Part shown: positions 28,598 through 37,134 of the stretch, in pieces
Numbering within the stretch: the first letter of the stretch is position 1
Layout of the letters: each line of letters starts with the position of its first letter
DNA from: a virus
Taxonomy: Duplodnaviria > Heunggongvirae > Uroviricota > Caudoviricetes
Virus record (IMG/VR): IMGVR_UViG_3300031758_000005
DNA length: 56,411 nucleotides
Direction: 5' to 3' (one strand)
Made by a program: the position numbers and the translations under genes
Notes under the pieces: generated by a model
Databases searched by the model: none
Told to the model about the DNA's origin: nothing
Seen by the model: only the letters and a program-made list of their open reading frames with translations

Positions 28598-30676
28598 ATG
28601 AGTAACTACAGTGATTTCTGGCTTAAAGACAACCATTATGAATGGGATTGGGAAGATGAGCTAGATGCGGCTATTGAAGAAGAATCAGGTACAGATGCTA
28701 CAGTTGATGCTGAGGATCGTCTCAGTGATACTACAGCTAGGTTGATTCGTTTATCTTCAGCTCGTCGTGCTGTTGCTAACTATGTTAGTATTCTGACGAA
28801 CCAGAATATTCCTGTAGTATTCAATGATAGTGCTGTAAATTGTACTGATGGTAAGCTAGTCTATATCAGTAGCGATATTACCAAGAAGGATAATTTTGAT
28901 GTGGCTGTCGGACTAGCCTTACACGAAGGCAGCCACATCAAATATTCTGATTTTGAATTGTTTAAGACTGTATGGATGAATGTTCCCCGTGACATTTATA
29001 ACTATACTGAAAAGTTAAGCATTTCAAAAGATGAAGTGGGTAAGACTTGTCAGACTATTCTAAACTATGTAGAAGATCGTTTTATCGATTATACTGTACA
29101 TCGTAATGCTCCTGGCTATCGTGGATACTACGATGCTTTGTACGACGAATACTTTAATAACAAGGTAATTAGTGATGCTTTGGACAGCGATATGTATCGC
29201 ACACTAAGCGTTGAGTCTTATATGTACCGTATTATCAATCTTACAAATCCTAATACCAATCTTAAGGCTTTGCCTGGTTTGTACGATATTGCCAAAGAAT
29301 TGGATCTTACCAATATTAGTCGATTGACTACTCCAAAGGATCGGTTGAATGTTGCTTATAAAATTGCAGAAATTGTATTTAAAAATATCAATGAACACAA
29401 TCAAAAGCAAACTGGGCCTGGATTTGATCAAAATGATAGTGGTGTACCTGACAATTCCAATGGAATGCCTGGTGATGGCGAATCTGGTAAATCAACTGAT
29501 GATGTACTTGGTGGTACTGAGTCTACTGTAACAAGTGATAATGCTGCTGTAACAACTGATGTTGGTACAGATGCAAATATCAGCAAGACCAAACAGAGCA
29601 AGATTGCTAAGAGTTTTGAGAAACAGAAAGACTTTCTTGCTGGTAAGATCAAAAAGAAGAAGGTTTCCAAGCGTGAAAAGACGATGTTGGATGTTCTTGA
29701 AAAGAGTCAGATCGATCTTGTGCCTGTAGCTCAAGATATGATGAAGGCTAGTGGATTTGTTGGAAGTGTAGAATGTATCTTGGTTAAGAATATGACCAAG
29801 GAACTTATTCTATCTGAAGAATTTCCAATGAGCGTTGGTGCTAACAATGAAAGTAGTCGTACTGAACTACAAAAGAATGTGGATGCTGGTATTGTTTTGG
29901 GTACAAAGCTAGGTCGTCGTCTTCAAATTCGTAATGAAATTAATATTGATAAGTTTACCCGTCGTAATTTGGGTAAGATCGATAAGCGTTTGATGCACGA
30001 ATTGGGATTTGAGACTGATACCAATATCTTTTACAGCACATTTACCAATAAATATAAGAAGGTAAACTTCCATATTAGTGTAGATGCTAGTGCTAGTATG
30101 CGTGGACCAAAGTGGAATCGTACAATCAAGTTATGTGTAGCACTAGCAAAGGCTACATCTATGATTGATAATGTTGATCTTACTATTAGTTTTCGTACTA
30201 CTATGAGCTACAATCCATACATTGTGGTTGCTTATAATTCTAAGGTAGATAAGTTCTCAAAGATTAAGAATTTGTTTTCTTATTTAATTCCAGTGAATAC
30301 CACTCCAGAAGGATTGTGTTTTGAAGCACTAATGAAGTTTCTGCCTAAGTCTGATACTAATACAAACAGTTATTTTGTTAATATTAGTGATGGTGAACCG
30401 TGTTTCTATTACAACAACACTTCATCTGGTATTGCATTTTCTTATCGTGACAAATCAGCTTGTGAACATACACGCACTCAAGTAAGAAAGATTAAGGAAT
30501 CTGGTTATAATATTATTTCCTATTTCGTATCTGATTATGATAATTTTGGCATTGAATTGTTACGTCAGAACTTTAAGACAATGTATGGTAGTGACTCACA
30601 TTTTATTAATGTGGAGAATTTGAATCAGATTGTTAAAACGGTCAATAGTAAGATGATGGAAGCTATTGACATATAA
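28598..30676 (+). CDS. VWA-domain protein with N-terminal HExxH domain (CobT-like MoxR partner)
   Basis: TDGK, LALHEGSH, NYVEDRFID; MIDAS DASASM, TPEG, ISDGEP. Confidence 0.8.
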   Translation: MSNYSDFWLKDNHYEWDWEDELDAAIEEESGTDATVDAEDRLSDTTARLIRLSSARRAVANYVSILTNQNIPVVFNDSAVNCTDGKLVYISSDITKKDNFDVAVGLALHEGSHIKYSDFELFKTVWMNVPRDIYNYTEKLSISKDEVGKTCQTILNYVEDRFIDYTVHRNAPGYRGYYDALYDEYFNNKVISDALDSDMYRTLSVESYMYRIINLTNPNTNLKALPGLYDIAKELDLTNISRLTTPKDRLNVAYKIAEIVFKNINEHNQKQTGPGFDQNDSGVPDNSNGMPGDGESGKSTDDVLGGTESTVTSDNAAVTTDVGTDANISKTKQSKIAKSFEKQKDFLAGKIKKKKVSKREKTMLDVLEKSQIDLVPVAQDMMKASGFVGSVECILVKNMTKELILSEEFPMSVGANNESSRTELQKNVDAGIVLGTKLGRRLQIRNEINIDKFTRRNLGKIDKRLMHELGFETDTNIFYSTFTNKYKKVNFHISVDASASMRGPKWNRTIKLCVALAKATSMIDNVDLTISFRTTMSYNPYIVVAYNSKVDKFSKIKNLFSYLIPVNTTPEGLCFEALMKFLPKSDTNTNSYFVNISDGEPCFYYNNTSSGIAFSYRDKSACEHTRTQVRKIKESGYNIISYFVSDYDNFGIELLRQNFKTMYGSDSHFINVENLNQIVKTVNSKMMEAIDI

Positions 30677-30693
30677 TATAAAGATGGTATAAT
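30666..30693 (+). promoter_or_regulatory. Near-consensus sigma70 promoter
   Basis: TTGACA-N16-TATAAT preceded by TGG. Confidence 0.7.
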
Positions 30694-30740
30694 ATATAAA
30701 CGGGGAAATTTATCACAACATAAACAAGAAAGGATAAAAT

Positions 30741-31109
30741 ATGAAAAAGACAGATCGTAAGAATAAGACAAATCAAACAGTAACGTATCCAAGTTGTATT
30801 TTTACAATTAAGGAACTAAACGAACTTAATCCTGATATCGTAACTATTAGTTTACGTGACAAGGTTAAGAAAGCAATTAAACGAGGTGAACTAAATGTAA
30901 TTGGTGTTTTGCCTAATGGTAAAGGTCGTCCAACTTTGGTACACGTATTTGGCTCAATTACCAAGTCTATTATTGATGAGGCTAAGAGCAAGGGTGTACA
31001 TCTCAATCGTGAATTGTTGGTTGAAATGGTTAATATCAATTCATCTGCCAAGGAATCGGTTGTTGTGGTTGATGTTGACACAACAAAGACCAATTCGGTT
31101 AATGTTTAA
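30741..31109 (+). CDS. Hypothetical protein, possible winged-helix DNA binder
   Basis: SD AAGGA; FTIKEL.......ISLR.KV....G.L..IG....GKGRP pattern. Confidence 0.55.
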   Translation: MKKTDRKNKTNQTVTYPSCIFTIKELNELNPDIVTISLRDKVKKAIKRGELNVIGVLPNGKGRPTLVHVFGSITKSIIDEAKSKGVHLNRELLVEMVNINSSAKESVVVVDVDTTKTNSVNV

Positions 31110-31132
31110 ACTAAAAATCATATAATTGAAGC

Positions 31133-31164
31133 ACCGTATATCTTTGATTTGATATGCGGTTTTT
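31133..31164 (+). terminator. Intrinsic terminator
   Basis: ACCGTATATC...GATATGCGGT followed by a T-run. Confidence 0.65.
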
Positions 31165-31180
31165 CTATTTATACTATATT

Positions 31181-31414
31181 ATGGCAAAAAAAAGAGACAA
31201 AGTACTACTATATTTAGACAAACTCAACAAAAAAAACTTTTTGGTATATGAGGAAAAAGATTTACTTGATCTTAAATTGCCTATAGAGTATGTTGATAAC
31301 GGTACCAATTTGTATTTGGATACACTAAAAGAAAAGTGGAAAATAATAGAAGTTAAGAGATCTACAAACGAATTGACGTTAAAATTTTCAATGATTTTAA
31401 GAAAAAAAGAATGA
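31181..31414 (+). CDS. Hypothetical protein
   Basis: ATG after TATTTATA; 77 aa. Confidence 0.55.
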   Translation: MAKKRDKVLLYLDKLNKKNFLVYEEKDLLDLKLPIEYVDNGTNLYLDTLKEKWKIIEVKRSTNELTLKFSMILRKKE

Positions 31415-31415
31415 T

Positions 31416-32600
31416 ATGGATGCGTTACAAGAATACTTTGGAGTAGAAGCATTTGATTTTGAGGGAAACAAACGAAAATTAATTGATAATCTTAATTTGT
31501 TAAAAGCTATGTCTGTAGAAGAACAGACCTTTTACAAAAAGTGGTTGGAAATACAAACTTGTGAAAGTTTATCCAGTAAGGCTAATACAATTAAAGCTAG
31601 AATTTGGACTCCCACTGATATCAATGATGAATCTTTAACTATTAAAGAAATAGAAAGTATAAATCCAACGTTAGTGTATGTTGAAACAAAACAACAAAAT
31701 GAAGACTGGACGATTCTTCGTATTTTTGGTCATACAATGACATTTGACCAAACTCCTGGTAGATTTATTAAATTTCTTGTAACCGATGGTAATGTTGATA
31801 GTCCAAAGTATATTGGTTGTATTAGTGTTTCCAGCGATGTAATTGCTATTACTGATCGTGATAATTATTTGGGGTGGACTACAACTGATAAAATGGATAA
31901 CAAACGATTGGCACATAGTGCAATTGGTAGTTGTATTATGAGTACCCAACCAATTGGTTATAATTTTCTAGGTGGTAAATTAGTAGCTGCTATGATTACC
32001 ACATCAACTGTACGTGATCTTTGGAAACAATTATACGATCAAACTCTTGTGGGTATGACAACTACAAGTTTGTATGGTAGTTATAGTATGTATAACAGTT
32101 TAAAATGGTGGCACAAATGTGGTAGCAGTGCTGGTAAAATTTCAATTAAACCAGATGATAGTATTTATGAAACTTGGCACAATTGGTTGAAAGACATTGA
32201 TGTAACTGCTTATGATAAAGCACTCACTCAAAAAGAAGGAGTAAGTGGACCTGTAACTGGAGCCAAATCTCGTATTCTTGGTATGATATTTAGTAAATGT
32301 GGTATAAAACAATCCAATTATCAACACGGATATGAACGAGGTGTATATTATAGTTGTTTTTATGAAAATACCAAAGAGTTTTTACAAAGCAAAATAGGTA
32401 TTGATCAATTGAATATGAAAGACCTCTTTAAACGTGATATGCAAGGGGTAATTGAGTGGTGGCGACCAAAGGCTGTAGATCGATATAAAAAGCTAAAGAG
32501 TGAATCAAATTTAAAGAATACAGTACATTTTTATAACCAGATGTTTGGGATGTCTTATCAAGAAGCTAAAGACACATATTTCAAAGAAGTTGGTAGATAG
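31416..32600 (+). CDS. DUF4338 / Druantia DruA-like protein
   Basis: PGR...FLV.D, RD.YLGW, QP.GYNFLGGKL.A, W...Y...LVG.TTTSLYG..S.YN motifs. Confidence 0.65.
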   Translation: MDALQEYFGVEAFDFEGNKRKLIDNLNLLKAMSVEEQTFYKKWLEIQTCESLSSKANTIKARIWTPTDINDESLTIKEIESINPTLVYVETKQQNEDWTILRIFGHTMTFDQTPGRFIKFLVTDGNVDSPKYIGCISVSSDVIAITDRDNYLGWTTTDKMDNKRLAHSAIGSCIMSTQPIGYNFLGGKLVAAMITTSTVRDLWKQLYDQTLVGMTTTSLYGSYSMYNSLKWWHKCGSSAGKISIKPDDSIYETWHNWLKDIDVTAYDKALTQKEGVSGPVTGAKSRILGMIFSKCGIKQSNYQHGYERGVYYSCFYENTKEFLQSKIGIDQLNMKDLFKRDMQGVIEWWRPKAVDRYKKLKSESNLKNTVHFYNQMFGMSYQEAKDTYFKEVGR

Positions 32601-32658
32601 AATTATTATAATATAAATTACTTATTATACATACTATTTATATTTATAAGAGTAATTT

Positions 32659-33693
32659 ATGGCAAATACCCCAATTAATGCAATGACCGCTACATTCGGG
32701 TCTGGTGATCAGACTGCGATAAAAATGAATGTAGCGGATTCAGGACCGTCAGATAGTACCAGTAAACTTATTGATTTACAACTTGGGAGTGTCACAAAAT
32801 TCAAAGTTCTCAAAAGAGGTGAAGTAATTGCTACAAATTTTACGGGTAGTTTTAGTGGTAGTACTTTTGTTAAAAATCAATCAAGTGTTGCTGGCACCAA
32901 ATATATAATATTTTCTGATGGAAGTGGTCAAAGAACATTGGGATATGATACTTCATTAAATTATGATGCTTCTTCAAACACATTAAATACCAATGGCAGT
33001 GTTAATATTGGTGGAGATATAGATAGTACAAATGGTTCGCCACTTTTACTATCAAGTCCAACCACAATAGAGTTTGGTGGTGCTGCTACCACAATTCAAA
33101 TAGGAACATTTTCCGTTGGTAGTTATACACGATTCAACTCAAGACAGGTCAGAGGTAATTTCACAGGATCATTTACAGGCAGTTTTAGTGGAAGTCAAGG
33201 TAATTTTACCAAGTTAAGTGGTAGTAATGCTAAAATAACAGGTAGAGTAATAGCCACATCATTTACTGGTAGTATTAGCGGTAGTAGAGCTAGTTTTAAT
33301 AAATTTACCGCAAATTCATTTACAGGAAGTATCAGTGGCGCCTTGGCTACTTTTAATAGTATCAGTGGCGCCTTGGCTACATTTAATAAAATAACCGGTA
33401 GTAGCGGGTTAATAACTGGTAGATTAGTTGCTACTTCGTTTACTGGAAGTATCAGTGGGGGATATGCTGCTTTTGGAAATATTACTGGTGGATATTCTTC
33501 TTTTACAAAAGTAACTGGCAGTAGTGGCAAAATTCAAAATAATTTTATTATAAATGGTACATTAGAATTGAATAATGCTATCACAGGATCAAATTCTATG
33601 TTTATAAGTGGGGCTGGTAGTCCTATTGCTGGTTACATAGGAATTTTAATAGGCGGAACAAAATATAAGTTACCATTGTATCCTTGGACTTAA
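32659..33693 (+). CDS. Ser/Gly/Thr-rich repetitive structural protein (fibre/decoration-like)
   Basis: Many (S/N)FTGS(F/I)SG repeats; double TATTTATA upstream; C-terminal GGTKYKLPLY. Confidence 0.6.
   Translation: MANTPINAMTATFGSGDQTAIKMNVADSGPSDSTSKLIDLQLGSVTKFKVLKRGEVIATNFTGSFSGSTFVKNQSSVAGTKYIIFSDGSGQRTLGYDTSLNYDASSNTLNTNGSVNIGGDIDSTNGSPLLLSSPTTIEFGGAATTIQIGTFSVGSYTRFNSRQVRGNFTGSFTGSFSGSQGNFTKLSGSNAKITGRVIATSFTGSISGSRASFNKFTANSFTGSISGALATFNSISGALATFNKITGSSGLITGRLVATSFTGSISGGYAAFGNITGGYSSFTKVTGSSGKIQNNFIINGTLELNNAITGSNSMFISGAGSPIAGYIGILIGGTKYKLPLYPWT
33328..33387 (+). repeat. 30-nt near-perfect tandem duplication (SISGALATFN x2)
   Basis: AGTATCAGTGGCGCCTTGGCTAC at 33328 and 33358. Confidence 0.9.
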
Positions 33694-33696
33694 GGC

Positions 33697-33725
33697 TTGA
33701 CTTATTATAAATTTGTTGGTAAGAT
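33697..33725 (+). promoter_or_regulatory. Sigma70-like extended -10 promoter
   Basis: TTGACT-N17-TAAGAT preceded by TGG. Confidence 0.65.
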
Positions 33726-33732
33726 GATAGCA

Positions 33733-34644
33733 ATGAAAAAATCATTGTGCTGTATTTCTCTTCAACTTCAAGAAAAAGGACTCAAAGCTAATACTATGAC
33801 CAAGACTAGATTCTTGGCATTGGAACGAAAAAATGCTTTATCTACTGTTTCACAGCGTACCTTGAACAATGTAAATGTTGCGGTAAATACCTTTTCTTTT
33901 TGTATAAGTAAAGGATGGAATTATCGAATTAGCAGTGATTTATTTCCATTGGCTACTTTACCCGAAGCAAATTTATCGTTTGATGTTCTTCCTGACAAAG
34001 ACCGTATTTATGCTGAATTCAAACGTGGTGCTGAAATTATTAAAAAGAACAATTTACGATGTAGTACACATCCCGATCAATTTGTTGTGCCTGCAAGTGC
34101 TACAAAGACTGTTGTGGAAAAGTCTATTATTGAACTAAAAAACCATGCATCTATTATGGATTTATTTGGTTTGCCACAATCATATGAAGCTCCTATTAAT
34201 ATTCATATGAATTGTTATAAAGGCAATGCCAAAGATATTGCTAAACGTTTTATTGATGTGTACAATAATTTTCCTGTAAATGTAAAGTCTCGATTGGTAC
34301 TTGAGAATGAAGACAAGCCAAACAGTTGGAAGGTAGAAGAATTGTATGAATTAATTTATTCAAATACTGGCATTCCTATCACTTACGACAATCTTCACTT
34401 TCGTTGTAACCCAGGCAAATTGTCTGCTAAAGAGGCAGTTAAATTGGCTACGTCCACTTGGGGAAATCATCGTCCGCTATTTCATTTCAGTGACAACGAT
34501 CTAACCAACAAGAATCCACGTGCGCACGGTGATTATGTACGCAGTGTTCCAGATGAATATGTTGATCTTGATGTAGATTTTGAATTTGAATTCAAAGCAA
34601 AGGACTATGCTCTTGATCGGTTTGAAAAAGAATTCAAAAAATAA
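33733..34644 (+). CDS. uvsE: UV-damage endonuclease UvsE
   Basis: YRISSDLFP, R.STHPDQF, INIH, RLVLENED, IPITYDNLH, FHFS, AH.DY, E.KAKD; start moved to ATG 33733. Confidence 0.9.
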   Translation: MKKSLCCISLQLQEKGLKANTMTKTRFLALERKNALSTVSQRTLNNVNVAVNTFSFCISKGWNYRISSDLFPLATLPEANLSFDVLPDKDRIYAEFKRGAEIIKKNNLRCSTHPDQFVVPASATKTVVEKSIIELKNHASIMDLFGLPQSYEAPINIHMNCYKGNAKDIAKRFIDVYNNFPVNVKSRLVLENEDKPNSWKVEELYELIYSNTGIPITYDNLHFRCNPGKLSAKEAVKLATSTWGNHRPLFHFSDNDLTNKNPRAHGDYVRSVPDEYVDLDVDFEFEFKAKDYALDRFEKEFKK

Positions 34645-34655
34645 TTAAAAAGTCA

Positions 34656-34684
34656 TTGACGGTTTGAACATTGGATGGTAAGAT
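34656..34684 (+). promoter_or_regulatory. Sigma70-like extended -10 promoter
   Basis: TTGACG-N17-TAAGAT preceded by TGG. Confidence 0.65.
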
Positions 34685-34749
34685 AAATTTAAGTTAGTGA
34701 TGAAACTAACGAAACAAAAAACAAACAAAAAAAGAAAGTAATAAATAAT

Positions 34750-34953
34750 ATGTATACACGTACAAATGCTCGTAACAAGACTAACTTCGTAGGCCATAAC
34801 TCCACCGGCGTTGAGATTTATCTCTCTACCCCAGTCGCGAAGGCCAAGAAGGCTTCACGTTTGACTCTACGTGCTGGTAAGACCCGCGTTGACCTCAATG
34901 GTCGTCAGATCAAGGCTCTACGTGATGTCTTGAGCGCTGGTTACACTGCTTAA
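34750..34953 (+). CDS. Small basic hypothetical protein
   Basis: 67 aa; own promoter, A-rich leader; CGT/GCT/AAG-biased codons and higher GC than neighbours. Confidence 0.7.
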   Translation: MYTRTNARNKTNFVGHNSTGVEIYLSTPVAKAKKASRLTLRAGKTRVDLNGRQIKALRDVLSAGYTA

Positions 34954-35021
34954 TTGAAATAAATGTTAACTCATATGTGTGCATAGTTATGCATATGAGT
35001 TACATATTCAATAATCAAACG

Positions 35022-35246
35022 ATGATGTGGCTACTACTAATAATAGTAGCCATTTTTACTTTTGCAAACTTTTACTTGTTTATCAAGCTGCTTAGACAGT
35101 TTGACGATCATCAAATTCTAACGGTAGATGCATTGGAATTAATTAATGTTAAAAACAATAAAATATCAAAAGACATTGAAATTTTGCAAAAGCGTAGTAG
35201 AATATTAAATAATGAAAGCAAAGAAAACATCCGAAAACAAAGTTAA
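35022..35246 (+). CDS. Small membrane protein
   Basis: N-terminal hydrophobic helix, then coiled coil; start uncertain (34995 or 35022). Confidence 0.55.
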   Translation: MMWLLLIIVAIFTFANFYLFIKLLRQFDDHQILTVDALELINVKNNKISKDIEILQKRSRILNNESKENIRKQS

Positions 35247-35685
35247 AGTTCGTGGTTTATTTGATCATATAAATCATATTCGTGAGGTAAAGAATAAAGA
35301 TTATTATAAGTCTTTATCCGAGGAAGAAAAGAAATCATTTAACAAGTATATGATAATTAGATTTCTTAGTATGGATGTTGATATTATAGAAGACGTATCA
35401 TTTGTTTCTAAATATTTTCAAAATATACCAGATGAACAATTTTATCAAGTAATGATCGATTTGGTGCCAAAAGGAAGAAAGTTCTGTAAGTATATTAAAA
35501 ATAGTACCGAGGGTATCAATGAAACAATATTAGATTGTATTTGTAAGAAATATAAAATTGGAAAACGGGATGCTATAGATTACTATAACATATATACGTC
35601 TAATGACACTAACTTAAAAGACTTGTGTGAACTAATACAAGGTTTTGGTTATAGTGAAAAAGAAGTAGAGAAGTTATTTAAATAA
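35212..35685 (+). CDS. Clamp-loader small subunit-like (T4 gp62-like) protein
   Basis: LFDHIN.I, F..YMI.RFLSM, PK...F.KYIK pattern. Confidence 0.5.
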   Translation: MKAKKTSENKVKVRGLFDHINHIREVKNKDYYKSLSEEEKKSFNKYMIIRFLSMDVDIIEDVSFVSKYFQNIPDEQFYQVMIDLVPKGRKFCKYIKNSTEGINETILDCICKKYKIGKRDAIDYYNIYTSNDTNLKDLCELIQGFGYSEKEVEKLFK

Positions 35686-35686
35686 T

Positions 35687-36328
35687 ATGAAAATTATAGG
35701 TGTATCTGGTTTTGCTCGTAGTGGCAAAGATTTGTTTGCCAAAGTTGCTCAAAACGTTTTGGAAAAACGTGGACTGAAAGTTGAAAAGTATGCATTAGCA
35801 TATGAGTTAAAAAACGATCTAAAAGACCTTATCAAAACTAAGGTGGGAATTGATGTTTTTACAGAAAACACCGAAGAAAAGAATATTATTAGACCATTGT
35901 TAGTTGCTTATGGCGATGTAATGAGAAAGGTATCAGAAGGTAAATATTGGACGGGTAAGATTGAACAAAAGATCAAACAGTCTAATGCTGATGTAATTTT
36001 TATTACAGATATCAGATATGATGTATATCCCGAGGATGAGTGTACTTGGTTACAAAATAAACAAGACGGTAAATTGGTACACGTTACTAAATTTAAACAA
36101 GAACCAATGCCTTCAGGCAGAAGATTCAGTAATAATAAAATTGTTAAGATTTATAATTCCGCCGCAAACGATCACGAAATGTTAAATGATCCAAAGGTAA
36201 AGGCTAAAGCTGATTGTGCTTTTGAATGGGAAGATTATAGCGATAAGTTAAACGGATTCTCTTTAAGGGAACATCCGTATATCACAGAGAAAGTTACTGA
36301 ATCGTTAAAACTTATTAACGTAATTTGA
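35687..36328 (+). CDS. Deoxynucleoside monophosphate kinase (T4 gp1-like)
   Basis: IIGVSGFARSGKD P-loop, LA..LK, R.LL..YG, ITDIRY. Confidence 0.8.
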   Translation: MKIIGVSGFARSGKDLFAKVAQNVLEKRGLKVEKYALAYELKNDLKDLIKTKVGIDVFTENTEEKNIIRPLLVAYGDVMRKVSEGKYWTGKIEQKIKQSNADVIFITDIRYDVYPEDECTWLQNKQDGKLVHVTKFKQEPMPSGRRFSNNKIVKIYNSAANDHEMLNDPKVKAKADCAFEWEDYSDKLNGFSLREHPYITEKVTESLKLINVI

Positions 36329-36596
36329 GTTTGGTAATCAAGTTATGTCCATTATGATAGAAGATAATTTCTTCATCAGTGGTTTTTGTACGAAAATAAT
36401 CAATTAAAGACGGCGCAACTGAATTAACTAGGTTGATATAAATGTTGTTACATTCGTCGTGTTTTATTGATTTTCTTTGTTTTTGACACGAACAAATCTT
36501 ATCAAACGTTTGTACACAATTTGTTAATATAGCAAATGCGCCAATGTTATCTTTGGATACAAAATTATTGAATGCTACGTAACTTCCTATAATCAT
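36315..36596 (-). CDS. Hypothetical protein
   Basis: 93 aa, coupled to the upstream gene; CSC motif. Confidence 0.55.
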   Translation of the reverse strand: MIIGSYVAFNNFVSKDNIGAFAILTNCVQTFDKICSCQKQRKSIKHDECNNIYINLVNSVAPSLIDYFRTKTTDEEIIFYHNGHNLITKLKLR

Positions 36597-36970
36597 AGTA
36601 ATTTATTTATTAATAAATACAACAACAAACTACAAATGTAGTTAATAGGCATCATTATAATTGTATAATACAGAGGATAATTCAATGTATATAACAATGC
36701 AATAATACTAAATAAAGATGTCCAAAAACATAAGCAAATAACACAACTCAATAACTTAGTTATATAACTCGGGTATTCCGAATATAAGAAATTTGGATAT
36801 GTACTCATTGGATCAACATTACTTTTATACAGTTGATACTCGTCCAATTTAAATAATTTACGGGTATTTGTTAATTTAGCGATTGTTTGTACTATATCGC
36901 TATTTAACCAAATAACCATAATAAATGTTACACTAAATACAATTGGGATGTTATAGTCTGTTAAGTTCAT
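36593..36970 (-). CDS. Membrane protein with CxxC-W motif (DUF1360-like)
   Basis: Three hydrophobic segments; LLSCVICLCFW. Confidence 0.55.
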   Translation of the reverse strand: MNLTDYNIPIVFSVTFIMVIWLNSDIVQTIAKLTNTRKLFKLDEYQLYKSNVDPMSTYPNFLYSEYPSYITKLLSCVICLCFWTSLFSIIALLYTLNYPLYYTIIMMPINYICSLLLYLLINKLL

Positions 36971-37134
36971 TTTATAAGATCGTAAATGTAATTGCCTAGA
37001 ATTTGAAAAAATATATTATATATAAATATAATTGATACTAATATTAACAATTCGAATATATCTAATTTACCATTTTGATTAATATCAAAGTACTTTAAAA
37101 ATGTATTTTTCCAAAGTTCTACTAATCTTTTCAT
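36967..37134 (-). CDS. 55-aa membrane peptide with EF-hand-like loop (missing from the ORF track)
   Basis: MKRLVELWKNTFLKYFDINQNGKLDIFELLILVSIIFIYNIFFQILGNYIYDLIK; ATGA overlaps at both ends. Confidence 0.6.
   Translation of the reverse strand: MKRLVELWKNTFLKYFDINQNGKLDIFELLILVSIIFIYNIFFQILGNYIYDLIK

Noticed and set aside
33100-33530. Diversity-generating retroelement TR/VR pair
   Set aside because: Repeats are short, in-frame and tandem; no reverse transcriptase in the window.
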